Positions 26,013-38,900 of a stretch of 64,000 nucleotides of DNA are shown here, piece after piece. This stretch comes from Fimbriosthenelais zetlandica (taxonomy: Eukaryota), in assembly GCA_977030845.1 (NCBI GenBank), contig OZ365109.1, positions 53,320,001 through 53,384,000 on the forward strand, written 5' to 3'. Below the pieces are notes generated by a model. The model was not told where the DNA came from, searched no databases, and saw only the letters and a program-made list of their open reading frames with translations. Position 1 is the stretch's first letter. Each line of letters opens with the position of its first letter. Position numbers and translations under genes: made by a program.

Positions 26013-28569
26013 CTAGAAAGCAAGAAGAATATTGAAAAAACACATAGCCCTACATTTGAAGATAGAGACAGTTCATCATAGTTTATCTTATATATTATTA
26101 TATGTTAATATTTGTGTGTATTCTTGTTACCCCATTTGATGCACTTTAAATTAATTTATCAATTATATGGTTTAGCAAACAAAAGATATAATTATCAATA
26201 ATCAAATTTTTTAAAAGACAGATATTCTGTTTTGCAATTACGTAAATAATAGTTTAGTTTTATGTGCTATTCATAAAAGTCTTAAATTTTAAATGTAATC
26301 ACGTTATAATACATGGATTTATCAAATGCATTTAGAACTGTAATTTGGAAACAAAATGTCAACGAATAATTATAACAAGGATGACCAAACCCTAAAATGA
26401 TAAAAAGGCCTTGTGAATTCATGAACAAAAGTCGGATTTTATTGAGGTGTAAATAATATATTGGTGTAATTTAATCAATTTAAATGTTGACGTCTTATTG
26501 GACTGTATAATATTTAAATATTGTACTGGCTCTGCAGAATGATGGAGGGAAGGGACAAGGAGGAGATGAGCTGTATTTTTTTTGGCAATGTTAGTGGAAA
26601 ATTTAGATGGGAAATTGACAAAGAAAAATCACTCCCGCGGGTATATGTGGTCTACAACTGATACCATTTCTGTACTGGTCAACCCCCGTGTTTGTATCAT
26701 GCTATTAAGATACTATTATGTCAGTACTATTACTTCCCTCGGTAGAGGAAATTGGTTCTGAAGTTTTAATATAAGCACGAGGCAGGGTCTGTCAGTGATA
26801 TAATTTATATAATGGTAATGCTGTATAAGGGCAAGGGATTGGAGGGGCAATCATATGCCATCTTTAATTTCTCCATATCTCAACTCTACCATTAGAACTT
26901 TTACAATGGAATTTTCAATGGGAAATATATGTGAAGGGAAACGAGTGGGGATACTATTGCTTGTCTACTGGTGCTCTAGGGTCAAGTACTGGAAGATAGG
27001 AGGCAATCCAGTATTATTAACCTTGTCTACTTTAAAACCTCAAAATGATAAATTTAACCCTCTAACCTTTTAACCATTGGTCTTAATTATAGGAGTTTCT
27101 TATTCAGACATCACACCACATATATAGTCACCCACACACTGATGTACGTACGTTTGTATAGACACATTATAACATAAGGCAGACTTCTCATTTCCCCCAA
27201 ATTAAAACATAGTAGAAAAACTGCAGAGACAAACAGGCACGCACAAAACTTAGTTGGTATATGTATTTCTTTTCTCCCCATGGTGAATAATTTACTCAGC
27301 GCATACTGCATAATCTATTATGCATCTTGGGAATGCACTTCAGAAAAATACCCGAGTGCAAGACCAGACTCAAAGTGTTTCAGTTCCATTTGAAAATAGG
27401 CTGAACCAGGTGAACTAAATTCAGCTGCTCACACCTGAGGCTTGGGGTATTCAGTAACATTCTCACTATAGTATGAACGGCTAATTCCATGGCAAATTCC
27501 TCACAGAGCAAATGCTTGAGTGTTTACATGAAAATTATACTTCTAACTCATTAGGTTAGTACCAGATGCATCAACAAGGAGAGAACTGCCATTTCTCTTT
27601 CTGACTCTATAATAGGCTTGGCCAACCTGTGTGGAAGCATCAAGCCATCGTTGCATCCATCATGACCATGTGCTGAAAAAAGCTTTTGGAAGATGCTTTC
27701 ATCGCGTCAAGTTAGATATAGATATACATGCCTCAGATTATATTCATATCGCACACACCATCAATATTAATATTCAGCATTTCTCTCCTGGCTTTGGTAT
27801 CCGATGAGGCAGTGAAGCTTGACCATATTTATAACCATGGTAATAATTTGACCACTAATGATTTGGACTCCTATATAATAATACTGTATGGAGTCCTGAT
27901 CGGTTATCAATTTATCTATAGATATCAGACTGGCTCGCTATAGAAGGCATTAGATGAAGGCTGATAATTATCATCTAACCGCATCAGCTCTGGAATCCTG
28001 GTGGATTGTCAAGTCATTGGGTCATAAACACATGTGTATCAAGGAATTGGATCCATTACTCATAAGTACAAGCAAGCAAAACCCATGCCAAGACACACAC
28101 GTGTTCTGATACTATGTAAAAGATGATGGTCATTTGTAACTGCCACCTTGAACTGTGAGCAACTCAACAGGTTAGACACCTTTGAAGAAGTCGATAATCA
28201 TTTTTTGTCTACCTGGCTCCATTTCCAAACTAGGCAGCAGCTGTCTAATCCATCTACATCTCCAGAGACTGAGATGCTAGGTTAGAAATCTCCTCCTCTG
28301 GCTGAAGTTCAGAAAAAACCTCTACGGACATAAATCACTGCCGAGGTGGAAATAGATGTTTAATTGCCTGCGGGGAGAAGTAAAGGGTAGTGGAAGAAGA
28401 TCATAAGGAAATGCTCTACATGTTTGCGTCTGTGTGCCATTTGTCATCATCTGAATACCAGCGAACATCCCAGGTACGAGTGAGTTAATACTGAGCACCT
28501 GTGATGGTGATGATGATTCATGGCCAGCCAAATATGACCACTGGCTAATGGGGACTTTACTCTTTTGGC

Positions 28570-28670
28570 ATCTAAAGGCAGAGAAAAGTGGCATCACTGA
28601 GGTTCATGGAGAAAAGGCCATAATTCACATATCGCCTTTCAGGTTGGCATGGTTTTAAAAGGTTATGAAG
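28570..28670 (+). repeat. dispersed repeat, copy 1 (copy 2 at 29599-29750)
   Basis: TCTAAAGGCA(G/A)AGAAAAGTG and ATCACTGAGGTTCATGGAGAAAAGGCCATAAT...CACATATCGC...CAGGTTG(G/A)CATG occur in both copies. Confidence 0.7.
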
Positions 28671-29598
28671 CTTTACCTTCTTTTAAACTTTAGCACCTTT
28701 CGATTATTGTGGTCCTTTGCTTCATTCAATTTTGGACATGGTAGCATAGTTCATCATATTGAGAATGTTTTCCCTTTTTGTCAATAGTAATTAGGCCTAT
28801 AGTAAAATATACCTTATATTATAATTGTATAGTATAATGGTATAGGAACCCTTCATTGTCTCAATGAAAATCTAGCTCTGTGTTTGTGGATGTTCTCATT
28901 TTATAGGTAGGTTATTCAAATAAAATAAGTATTCCTGATTCCAGAATTGATCCCCAGTTGTAGACCATAGGATTACAAGTCAATGGCTTCAACCTTTTAG
29001 TTTTAACTTGATCATTCAGAATCCCCTGTGAATGAGAAAGGAAGTGGTGGGAGGAGGGCTTTGTGCATTTCATTCGGGTTGAATTCTTTCTGACTTCAGG
29101 CTTACGACCTCAAGAAAAAGAATAAGAGAAAAGTTATATTTTCATTCAGATGATTATTCGGGTCGGGGTCTTTGGGGTGTCTACTAATGGTCGGAATCCG
29201 AACCGGAGGGAAAATGAGTCAATAGGTAAAAAAAGATCAAAAGAATTCAAAACATCAAAAAATAGAAAAAAAATCGTTGTTGATAATTGACAAAAGCAGG
29301 TCAGTCAAATCAATATAGATAATAATTTATATTTAAGACTTCTTGTAAGGCATTCAATTAAACATCCTAAAAGTATTCATTTACTATTATACAAATTTCT
29401 ATTTTGCTAGTATCTCATGATGTAAAGGTCGTTGAACGACAATAAAAATAATAAGTCAAATGATAGTAGTCATTCCCACGTTCACTTGATTGCAGGTTTG
29501 TATGATAAAAAAAAATGCAAAAAAGTGTATGCATACTTATCGGCCTAATATGTATAATAATAACTTATTATGCATATCATATTGAGTACGAAAGTGAA

Positions 29599-29750
29599 AT
29601 CTAAAGGCAAAGAAAAGTGCCGTCTATTCTTATATGATAAAGACAAGGAGTGAGTCACTTTAACTGACTTGCACGATCACTGAGGTTCATGGAGAAAAGG
29701 CCATAATGCACATATCGCATTACAGGTTGACATGCTATTTAAGGTTTTTG
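29599..29750 (+). repeat. dispersed repeat, copy 2 (about 55 nt extra relative to copy 1)
   Basis: Same two blocks as 28570-28670, separated by additional sequence. Confidence 0.7.
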
Positions 29751-31257
29751 GAACTCTCACCTCCTGTTACTTTGAGTCCTCATTACCAATTAACCTCTCG
29801 ATTAGTCTCCACCAGAATTCTCACCCCAATGTACTTGAATATTCAGTAACTGTCATAATGTCTCAGCAAATGATGCTGGAATTGTATTCACCATTAATTT
29901 TATACCTGTTAATGCAAGGAAGGGACACTCCTTCAATTGGTTTAATTAATATTTTTGATACAAACTTAATGAATTAATGTTGGCACAATGATTTTAGGGA
30001 TAAAGTCCATTAAGATTGCCAGAAGTTTAGAGGGGTGCAAATTCAGGAATTGCAAGAGGTGCGATAGTTTAGGCCTCAAAATACCAGGGGGTGAGGGTTC
30101 CGGTGACACTATTTAGGACTGTGTTGACTTATTTCGATTCTTAATATTTTGCGGCTATTTTGAGAGCATGAGAGCAGGTTTTTGGATGGGAAAAATGGGT
30201 GGATGCAGTATAGAAGGGTTTGATGGAGATGTGAAGGGTTACCATGCATGGCAGCTTTATATTAGGGATCTGCTTTAAAGACTTGGTCATGCACTTTTTA
30301 TTAGGCTTTCCTTCTCTTATTTCCCCCAGGGTGGCAAAATCACTGACTATATTATCAGAATTCTTTACACAGCTTTTATTAAAAAATCTTATATTTAGTT
30401 CCTCAATTGATATTTTTTTTTATTAAAAACCCTTCCGGATGTGTTTTCGTATTTGGTTTAGGCGATTGCTTTTAGATAGAACCCATGAACATAAATCGAA
30501 CGATAAATAAACAACCTCTGGAAAAACAATAAATATAACACATTATAAGGATCTTAAAACGGCAGAAAGCACCAAAGCCCACATATAAAACATGTTACAT
30601 GAAGAAAAAAATGTAATAGAAAAAGAGTATTAAATATAGTAGAATATACCAATATTAATTAACCAACCGATAGGTTCCTATTCCACAAACCACCGAACAC
30701 ATATCTTCTGGTCTCAAATACAAATATATATATGCAAAAATGACGTGTTGGGACAACATCCATATAATACACCACCCTGAGTATATATATATAAATATAT
30801 ATATAGGGAAAGCATTCAAGAAGTTGATACCCCTTAACTAACAAATCAAGTACACGGAGGATAAAATAGGTTCATGTACATTTATTTAAATCAATCGAGG
30901 ATAAAATAAGTTGAATATATTTATATTATTTTATTTTACAGCTCATCTAGAGATTATTGCCCTACGGGGAGAGGGTTGGTAAACTATTTTATTAACCTCA
31001 GTCTTTATACACGTAGGGGGAAGCTAAGAGGCCATTGTTCACCTAAGGTTTGATTATTATTATTGGGATGGGGTTATATGTCTGCAGAGGTAGTGCATCA
31101 GTATGTAAAACAACACACATTATTATGTATATATAATACATATGGCAGTTATCATCCGAAACGTTTTTGATTTCTTTTCCTCACTAGCTTGGCATTAGTT
31201 CAGCCGGTCAACTTGTTTTATCCTCATTGGCCATTATCGTTAAATTTTCTGACTTAC

Positions 31258-31302
31258 CAAATTTAACCAGATATTTGTGTTTATGATTTGATTCTTTTCA
31301 TC
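31258..31302 (-). CDS. CHRNA7-like: nAChR exon 3b (loop D; putative mutually exclusive exon)
   Basis: 45 nt, TTTCTCGTTTCTCTGCAG|GAT ... TTG|GTAAGT. Encodes DEKNQIINTNIWLNL. Confidence 0.9.
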
Positions 31303-31414
31303 CTGCAGAGAAACGAGAAAGATTCGGGTTATTATAGTAACGCAACTAGGTCACGTGAGGGTTACGGTTCACATGACCCGTCACGTGGGGTTTTCATAAC
31401 GCTGATTAACTTAC

Positions 31415-31459
31415 CATATTCAACCATATATTAGATGTTAATATTTGGTTCTTTTCATC
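31415..31459 (-). CDS. CHRNA7-like: nAChR exon 3a (loop D; putative mutually exclusive exon)
   Basis: 45 nt, TTTATTTTTCCCAG|GAT ... ATG|GTAAGT. Encodes DEKNQILTSNIWLNM. Confidence 0.9.
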
Positions 31460-32817
31460 CTGGGAAAAATAAAAAACAGATATTATTAGTTAGCTGCACA
31501 AGAAGTTTGGGTCAAACCATAAACAGAGTGCGAAGAGCCCTGAACGTGAGGTACTCGTGTAAGGCAGGAATAAATTAATCTGAGCAACCAGGAGAATAAT
31601 AGTAATTATGTGCGTAAGAACTCTCCAATACCATTTAAAGTGAGTCAGAATTCGTACCTGAGGCAGCATAAATCAATAAGCACCAAAATGTTAAATAGGT
31701 GATATTCTTGCAGATAGGAATGCACTCAGATAGAAAGATGAGTGATTATATCATAGCTCTTGGTGCATCAACTCTGATTTAACGAAGTTTAAACATAAAG
31801 TATTGGATTAGAAAGTAAATTAAACTAGAATATAGTGTATTTCTCCGTATTGCTGTGGTAAATATAAATCCCATCGTATAATAGTCCAGACAGAACAGGG
31901 ACTAGAAAACTACTTTTGAAAAGGACATAAATTGTTAATTCTTATGCTAACAGCACACTCTACACTAAAATTGGAGAAAACTCTGATAAAGTTCCACGAT
32001 TCTATAAAATACGTCTATTGAAATCAAAGAATGGATAAAACACACATTAAAAAAGAAAATATCTAAGAAAATGCACCATTAAATCTAAATCTGTAAAGAA
32101 TCTACACAAAAATAGCTTAAACTAAAAGTATTTTTCTAGATTTGGATTCTTTTAAATAAACGGTCCATGTTCAAAATGTAAATTCATTTCTTGTGATTTC
32201 CCAGACAGCGGAGAATTTGATATTATTGCCAGTACTTCCTACTTGCTGAGGTAGTGGCAGCAATCTTATAAAATAATTCAGACGATGAGATAAACAGACG
32301 TGTGTAAAACAAACAAAACTATTAATGTGAAATACAAAGAAAGGTTGAATTAGTGGTGTTCATTTGTCTCCATAATTGAACTGCATTGGCCAACTGCAAA
32401 TCATGCAAGAACTTTGGGAGGAACATTGTTACATCGTAGTGCAAAAGCAGCTTAAACTTTTAGAGATGTAATCATGTGTTTGAGTTTAAAAGCAACACCC
32501 AGATATCTACATGCATGCAATTAAATTCTTATATTTGTTAAACTTTTATTTTAACAATATATGAATATTTGTGCATCATGGAACTGACTAAACTTTATGC
32601 TTAAATTTATAAAATAAAAATGTTATTACAATTGTTCACTAAAGGTTTTCTGCTCTTATAGTTAATATAATACCAATTCAATATTATACTAAGTAGGTAG
32701 GTCTACATTTTGTTAAATAATACTGCTTATAATAGTTCTTTAATTTGACAAAAATAACCTAGTTTTTCATCTCAAATATATCCATGCATTGGAAAGAGGA
32801 TAGAAAGAAATCTTTAC

Positions 32818-32957
32818 CACGTCGATGATCTGTTGCAGTACGAGTCCAAAATAGACGGTCAAAGCTTCACTTTCGTTTGCAACTGGACGTTCTAATGTGT
32901 CGTAATTCTTAAAAATGTCTGATAAAAGCCTTTTTTCGTTTGGACCTTGGTAGGTAC
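32818..32957 (-). CDS. CHRNA7-like: nAChR exon 2 (mature N-terminus)
   Basis: 140 nt, TTTTCTTTTCCAG|GT ... GTG|GTAAAG. Encodes (G)TYQGPNEKRLLSDIFKNYDTLERPVANESEALTVYFGLVLQQIIDV. Confidence 0.95.
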
Positions 32958-35900
32958 CTGGAAAAGAAAAGATAGGTGGAGGATTAGAAGAAGATATTTC
33001 TATATACATCCACAAAAGTTGTTTCCACACTTCCTCTGTGAATCATCTATAGTCTAAGGAAGCACCTGCCTGAGAAAGGAAGGTATAGACTATGTGTGAA
33101 GAGAAGTTCAATGAGTTATATACATTCATAACCCATTTGGCATAACAAAGTGCTTTGCCATTGTTTTAAGTAGTACAGTAGTTCAAAGTAGTTCAAGGTA
33201 AGAGTGATGGGTAAGCCGGTATTGCAAGCTCCATCAATAGTTTTGTAACTGATGCTAACCTTGCCCAGGAAGCCGGCAGGGGTTCCAAACTAAATCAAAA
33301 ACACCATTAGCTCCAGGTAAACCACCATCCCTAGCACACCTTCTGATTTTTTTTTTTACATTGAAATAACATATTAGTAGCCATTCTCGAGCACCTTGAG
33401 TGGTGGAAAGTGAAAACATGAGGGTAGATGCTGGGAGCACGTGTTTTTGACAGAACAAGGCCAATCATCCGCCATGTTGGATTCCAGAACCTACTGCTGG
33501 TACCTAACCTCATAGCTGAAACCCAGCAAACAGCAGGCGCCCCTGGCATAACGCCCCCACCTATAGACCAACAAGTGTTTTTTCTGAGCAAAGCATTAGC
33601 TAGAACCATTACTATGATGTAGCCCCTATAGAACAAAGATCATTAATGTAAATTTCAGAATCAGATATATAAAACAATTGTGGTCAATTTTATCCTCATT
33701 CTGGCGACAAAAGTTTCTACATATACTTAAAATTTTTGTGTCAAATGCCTTTCTTAAAATTTGAATCAGTTAAACCTTTCAGCAGTCCATCTGCGAAGGT
33801 TGCCTATTATGGTTCTCTATTTGCGTGCGGTGTGGCAGATATGGCAGTTGAGGTCATAGAAAAGTCGGCCACAAGGGATCGCCGCAACCCCATGAACAAA
33901 CTTTCTTCAGGCAACACCACTCAGAACGGTGCCGTGGCAATTGACCACATATTTTCATACATTCCATTCCCCTGGTTGGTGATAAATGAAAGCTTTCCCG
34001 TGTATATATGTATCAATGTGGCAGTCTTTACGCGCAAATACCTGTATGATAATATATCAAATCTGGTAGACATCTTCGATGCAGTCATACTGAGAGATCC
34101 TGCTGCGACATTACTGACAAGTGACATATTAACCAGCAATATGTAAGATGGCTGCCATCAATCACTAACACTTCTCTCACTGAGGAATACATGTATTGTA
34201 CGAGTGAATGAAAGAAAAAGATTTGCAAGACACTGTTAAAGAATAAACCAAAAATTCTATTATGCACACTGATGGATGTGTTGGCGATTTTGTACTGGAT
34301 TTTTATCATCCAGGCCTGGCATCTCAGGACAAGACTTCCCACACTTACAAGTGTGAAGTGGAGGAGGTAGACTTGTAGAAGGTTTTTAGACCACGAGTGT
34401 TACTCAGTAAGGTGCGATTTATCAACTCCACTCAAGACACGTGGACAGAATCTGTCATCGACTCCTGCCTGTCCGAAATCTCGAGCAAATCAGGTGGTGC
34501 TCGCAACTTGGCCTTCCCTCTCGACCTCCTTTTCAGGTAAAGAGATAGCTCGAGTATGTTGCGTGTCCATAGTGCCTCTGCCACTACATTTCTGAGGTGT
34601 GCATCGCAGGTTTTTATCAGTCTATGTTTGTTTTTTGGGCTCAGGTTTCAGCTAAGAATGTAGGATTAGGGCACTTCAGGTGCAAAGTGCTCCAGTTCAT
34701 CACTTAGACAAACTGCTCTGTCATTATGAGTAAGATTCTCTCTCGAAAAAGCCAAATTTATTGACAAAAGCGGTATGATAGGTGCACATCTGTAGTCATT
34801 TTCTTGATTTAATGGAAAACAGTTGATTTAATGACCAAACAGTTTTTCTCGGGCTCACAATCTGAATTCATTACAGATACATTTAAGATGGTGGGCTAAG
34901 ACCAACTGTTTTCAATATTGATCAATTCTATGGGCAGACATCAAGGAGAGTCAACCTGTAATCAATTTGGGACTGTTCATGACAGAAACCATAATACCCG
35001 TGCCACCCACTGCCCCCACCCTCCATACCTTGGAGACCTGACCCTCCAGGGTTCGACCTCATCATGGGTCTCTATTGTCTGGGGGGTTGGTATGGAGACC
35101 TGGGAGCTGCTGATCAGCTGGCGCCATTAAAAGCCACTCCCATATGGTTCAAAAGGGAAGATCCATCGGCTTTCCCTCTAGATTTGTTAGGGAAGATATC
35201 CAGAGCACATGTAGAAATAGCATTATTTGGAATGAAACAGTTCTGAATTCACTGAAATATTGTATATATGCATATATATGGACTTCCTGAAGGTTTCCTG
35301 TTAAATCTATTCATAGAAAGTATAGTCATGGGAACCTTCAGCATACAATGTATCTGTTTCTGGAATACTGGAACTTCCTTTCACTGAAGTCTATCGGTTC
35401 CCTGGATGATTATTCATAACCACAGTTTATAGGTGCCAGGAGAACGCTAACCTAACTCTGTTAGTCAGTTCCCTAATCACCCTTGAGCCTTGCTTATTTT
35501 GTTCCCCTTGAATCTTACAAGGCAGAGAGCCGCCGATTGCAGCAATTACAGGAAGAATATTTCATGACGGCCTTCTTTGTTCTCTAGCCACAAGATCTCG
35601 ATACGCTTCAGCGTCTTAACAAAAGGCTGGAGTTCGTGTTTCAGAAGTCCCATACAAAAGGAACAGGCCTGGGATAAAGGCTGAAAGAACAACATAGAAA
35701 AGCTATTGCTCCAGTCACGAGTTCCAGTACTCGAGTCAGGGAAAAGGCTCTAGTAATCACCCTCTGCCTTTGTATTTATGTCAAAAATCAGGAGAATACG
35801 ACTGTGCTCTTACGTTTTGAGCACCTCATGTGTAATCAGGCGAATGTCAGAGAGTACCAATACACTGATTTAACTGGCACTGACGCCATGGTCGTTATGG

Positions 35901-38900
35901 GCAACAGTGGAAGGTTGAGCTAAAAGAGGAGCAGAATATAGGCCTTTAGAGTGGGTATAATATATTTAGACTCTTAGCCAGGTACCATACTATCGGAGTC
36001 ATTAACAAAGGAGTGCAAAAAAAAATCTAAGTTTACCCTTCAATTGAAGCCCCCTTCACACTGGAATAAGGATGTATGTACAAAAGAAACACTTTGGGCT
36101 GTTTCGAATGATGTTCAGAACGTTGGTTATTACAACGTGCAGAAAAAGTCACAACACTAAAGATGAGGCAATTGACCTCACACAAGGCAGGTCTTGCTTA
36201 CAATTCATCACGTTATTTTTTCCTCGTGGCATTCCATCAGCAAAAATATTGTAAGCATTTCTTCACTATCATGACATGGAGAGACTTCAACATGTGAAGA
36301 CACACACTGACTCTCAGGATTACAAGCCATTCATTTTGTATATTCTTTTTTGCAGATGGTTTCAGGTTTCAACCTGGATTGTTACATTCGTATTTCTAGT
36401 ACAAAAGCTAACACACTGAGTAGGGGAATGTTTATAGTCTTGGTAATCTTAGAAACTATCGGAAAATAAAGATGAAGGTCATACAGACATGTTCTTACAT
36501 CTTCTGGTGCCCTTGCACCACATTTTGCATGTAAAATTAGGACTGTTGGGACCCATGGAAATCCATAAAAAGCCCTTTGGTTTCCCTGTTCCATCATTCC
36601 CTCACCACAGTTCCATATGGATGAGTATGGACCTATATCAATTCGTCTCCCTGTACTAGTCCCTTGGGAGGCAGAAACCTATAACTGATAATCCATTGTG
36701 AGAAGGTATATAGTACAATGTATCAAGAGAGTTGTCCATGCCAAACATGTGGGCAGAAACTCCAGCTGGAGTTTTGTTCCTCTGAGCTAGCAAATCCCTT
36801 GGAAAAGTAGCCACATTGATAGCAGCCATTCACAACCAAGCGTGAGCCTGGATTTCTTTATCGGCTTAACCGAAATCTCGCGAGATTCCTGGCGTCCCTT
36901 CCTGTTGAATGACATGGCGATGCAGCGCTATCTCTTGGGACGGCAATCTAACTCATCCCTATTATAGTCCCACATGTTGAAAGCGCCATGGTAAAGGGGG
37001 GTCAATGGGTGTCAGTTAAAAGCCGCCGGGGTGTGCTAAGGTGGTGTTTCCCTGTCACTTGACGAGCACTTCACTATTCCTCTTCCTTGAGACGTCCCAG
37101 GAGGACCCTGATGAAAGACAGATTGGTCTTCCACTTCCGCCTACGCCTGCTCACAAGACAGGGATGTGTTGGTCTTGTTCTGGGGCGGATTTACACAGGC
37201 TAAAATCGCTGAGATTAGAACAGGCTAGGCTGAATTATCATGGCATTCAAACACAAAAGATCAAACTCCATCAGGTGCAGTTGTCATCAATGGTTGGCAT
37301 TTTCCTATTGTGTTGATTTATTTTTTTTATTTGTTCACACTGCCAAAATACTGACCTTTCCCTAGTCATAATAGATCCATTTAAGCTTTTGGATATAGCA
37401 TATCAATTTCAGAAGGTCCTTTCGTTTTGTCTGTCTTGGAATTTTCATCTTCATCCACATCACTTGTCTTGTTTTAGTGGTTGGCTAAACTTTTTCCAAA
37501 ATTGTAGGATGAATAGTTCAAATCCCTCCAGTGTTTTGGGTGCCAGATCACAAAGAACCCCCAAGTGGTCATTTAAATGCCAAAATATGAACTAAACGCA
37601 GGAGGAATTTTTGCTTGGAATTGCAAACCAAATCTGATATAGAACAGTGGGGGATGTTGGGTGTTGGGCAAGCGAAGCACACTTCCGCCTCTTGCTCCAC
37701 TGCTATTCACCTCCCCAGGCTCTCTCTCCTTTCAGAATGGAAGATGAGAAGGTTTTAGTTTCGTCTTTGGAGAGCTGGACATCCAGCACATCTTCAACTT
37801 ATCAGCTCCCCCACACTGCAGCACAAGAGTGAGGAGAGAGGATGAGGAGGGGAGGGATTAACTCCCCCAGCCCTATCACTACCTTCAGACGTGTTGCCAA
37901 ACCGGCACAATGATCTGGAGTGATTAGTTACCACCGGTAACATGGAACAGTGGCTGGGACTGGGAGGTGGAAGATAATCCCCCACCAGTCATCATGATGC
38001 TCATCAAACACTCTGCTAACTAACAAGTACCGGCTTATTTCATTAGGCTAACTGCTATGCTTTTGTGTATTATAATTAATGCTTCTGCTATCGGACCATA
38101 AACCATAGGTTTTGAGGTGCCAGAGGGTGGTAGACATATGTCTGTCATGGATGATTTCATTATTTTAACCTTACAGACCTTTGGGTCATAATGCACCCAG
38201 GAAGGTTTTTGTGATTGATGTTGCAATCTTTCTTGGCAATAAAAAGTACAATTTCTACAAGGCTAGTGATTTAGTGTATAATTATGCGAAAAGAAATGTA
38301 CTTTATTTATTTGTTTAGGTCAACAATCTGTTGGAAATAGATTTTATATTTTTTTGAAACCAAACGGCGTCAGTGAGTGAATATGCCATAAAATGAAGTG
38401 AGCAATATAATTCTCAGAAAATAATGTGTAGAATTATATCATTGAGTCTGTGTGTGGGAGAAGCTGTAGTAGTCCTTGGTTGTAAGCAAAACACCTTGAT
38501 GTGACAGCTGAAGCCATTTGCCGACACAAAATGAACATACATCAACGTTAGGATGCGAAAATAAATGAACTTTCAGGTCTTAAACTGAAGGCAAAATCAC
38601 TTTTTAATTAATGGATATACCGTGTGTTGAAGAAGACAGAATATTTGCAGAATACTTAAAATTGCAAATGTCTTGTGACATATAATTCTTGCTTCAAATT
38701 CTGCCAGTTGCAAACCTAAATTTACAACATAGATCTAATGATAGAAAGAAATATTAATTTTTGTCTACATCATTCTACATGTAGTCTACAGATTTATGGG
38801 CAATAAATTTGAGGCGTGCTTGGTTCCTGGGGCATCCACTAAATAGCCACCATGTTCCGAAATTGTCTTTCGAATCCCAACGGTACACTTGCCAATTTCC

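Larger units (their letters stand above)
16603..32957 (-). other. CHRNA7-like: alpha7-like nicotinic acetylcholine receptor alpha subunit gene (exon 2 to stop; exon 1 not confidently located)
   Basis: Exons of 140, 45, 110, 254, 195, 87, 110 and 447 nt join in phase with GT-AG boundaries into one open frame. Motifs: [14 protein letters not shown], Cys-loop [15 protein letters not shown], loop B WTY, loop C YDCC, GEK, M2 [25 protein letters not shown] and M4 [11 protein letters not shown]. Exon sizes match vertebrate CHRNA7 as I recall them (140/45/110/80+168/195/87/110). Family-level call, not strict orthology. Confidence 0.96.

Noticed and set aside
31140-31187. Vestigial third exon 3 (GAGGAAAAGAAATCAAA resembles GATGAAAAGAATCAAA)
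   Set aside because: Similarity is limited to about 16 A-rich nt with an indel. There is no WL motif and no donor.
35400-37260. Decayed DIRS-like retroelement (recombinase / RNase H hints)
   Set aside because: Only scattered 3-5 residue resemblances across broken frames, which cannot be distinguished from chance by eye.
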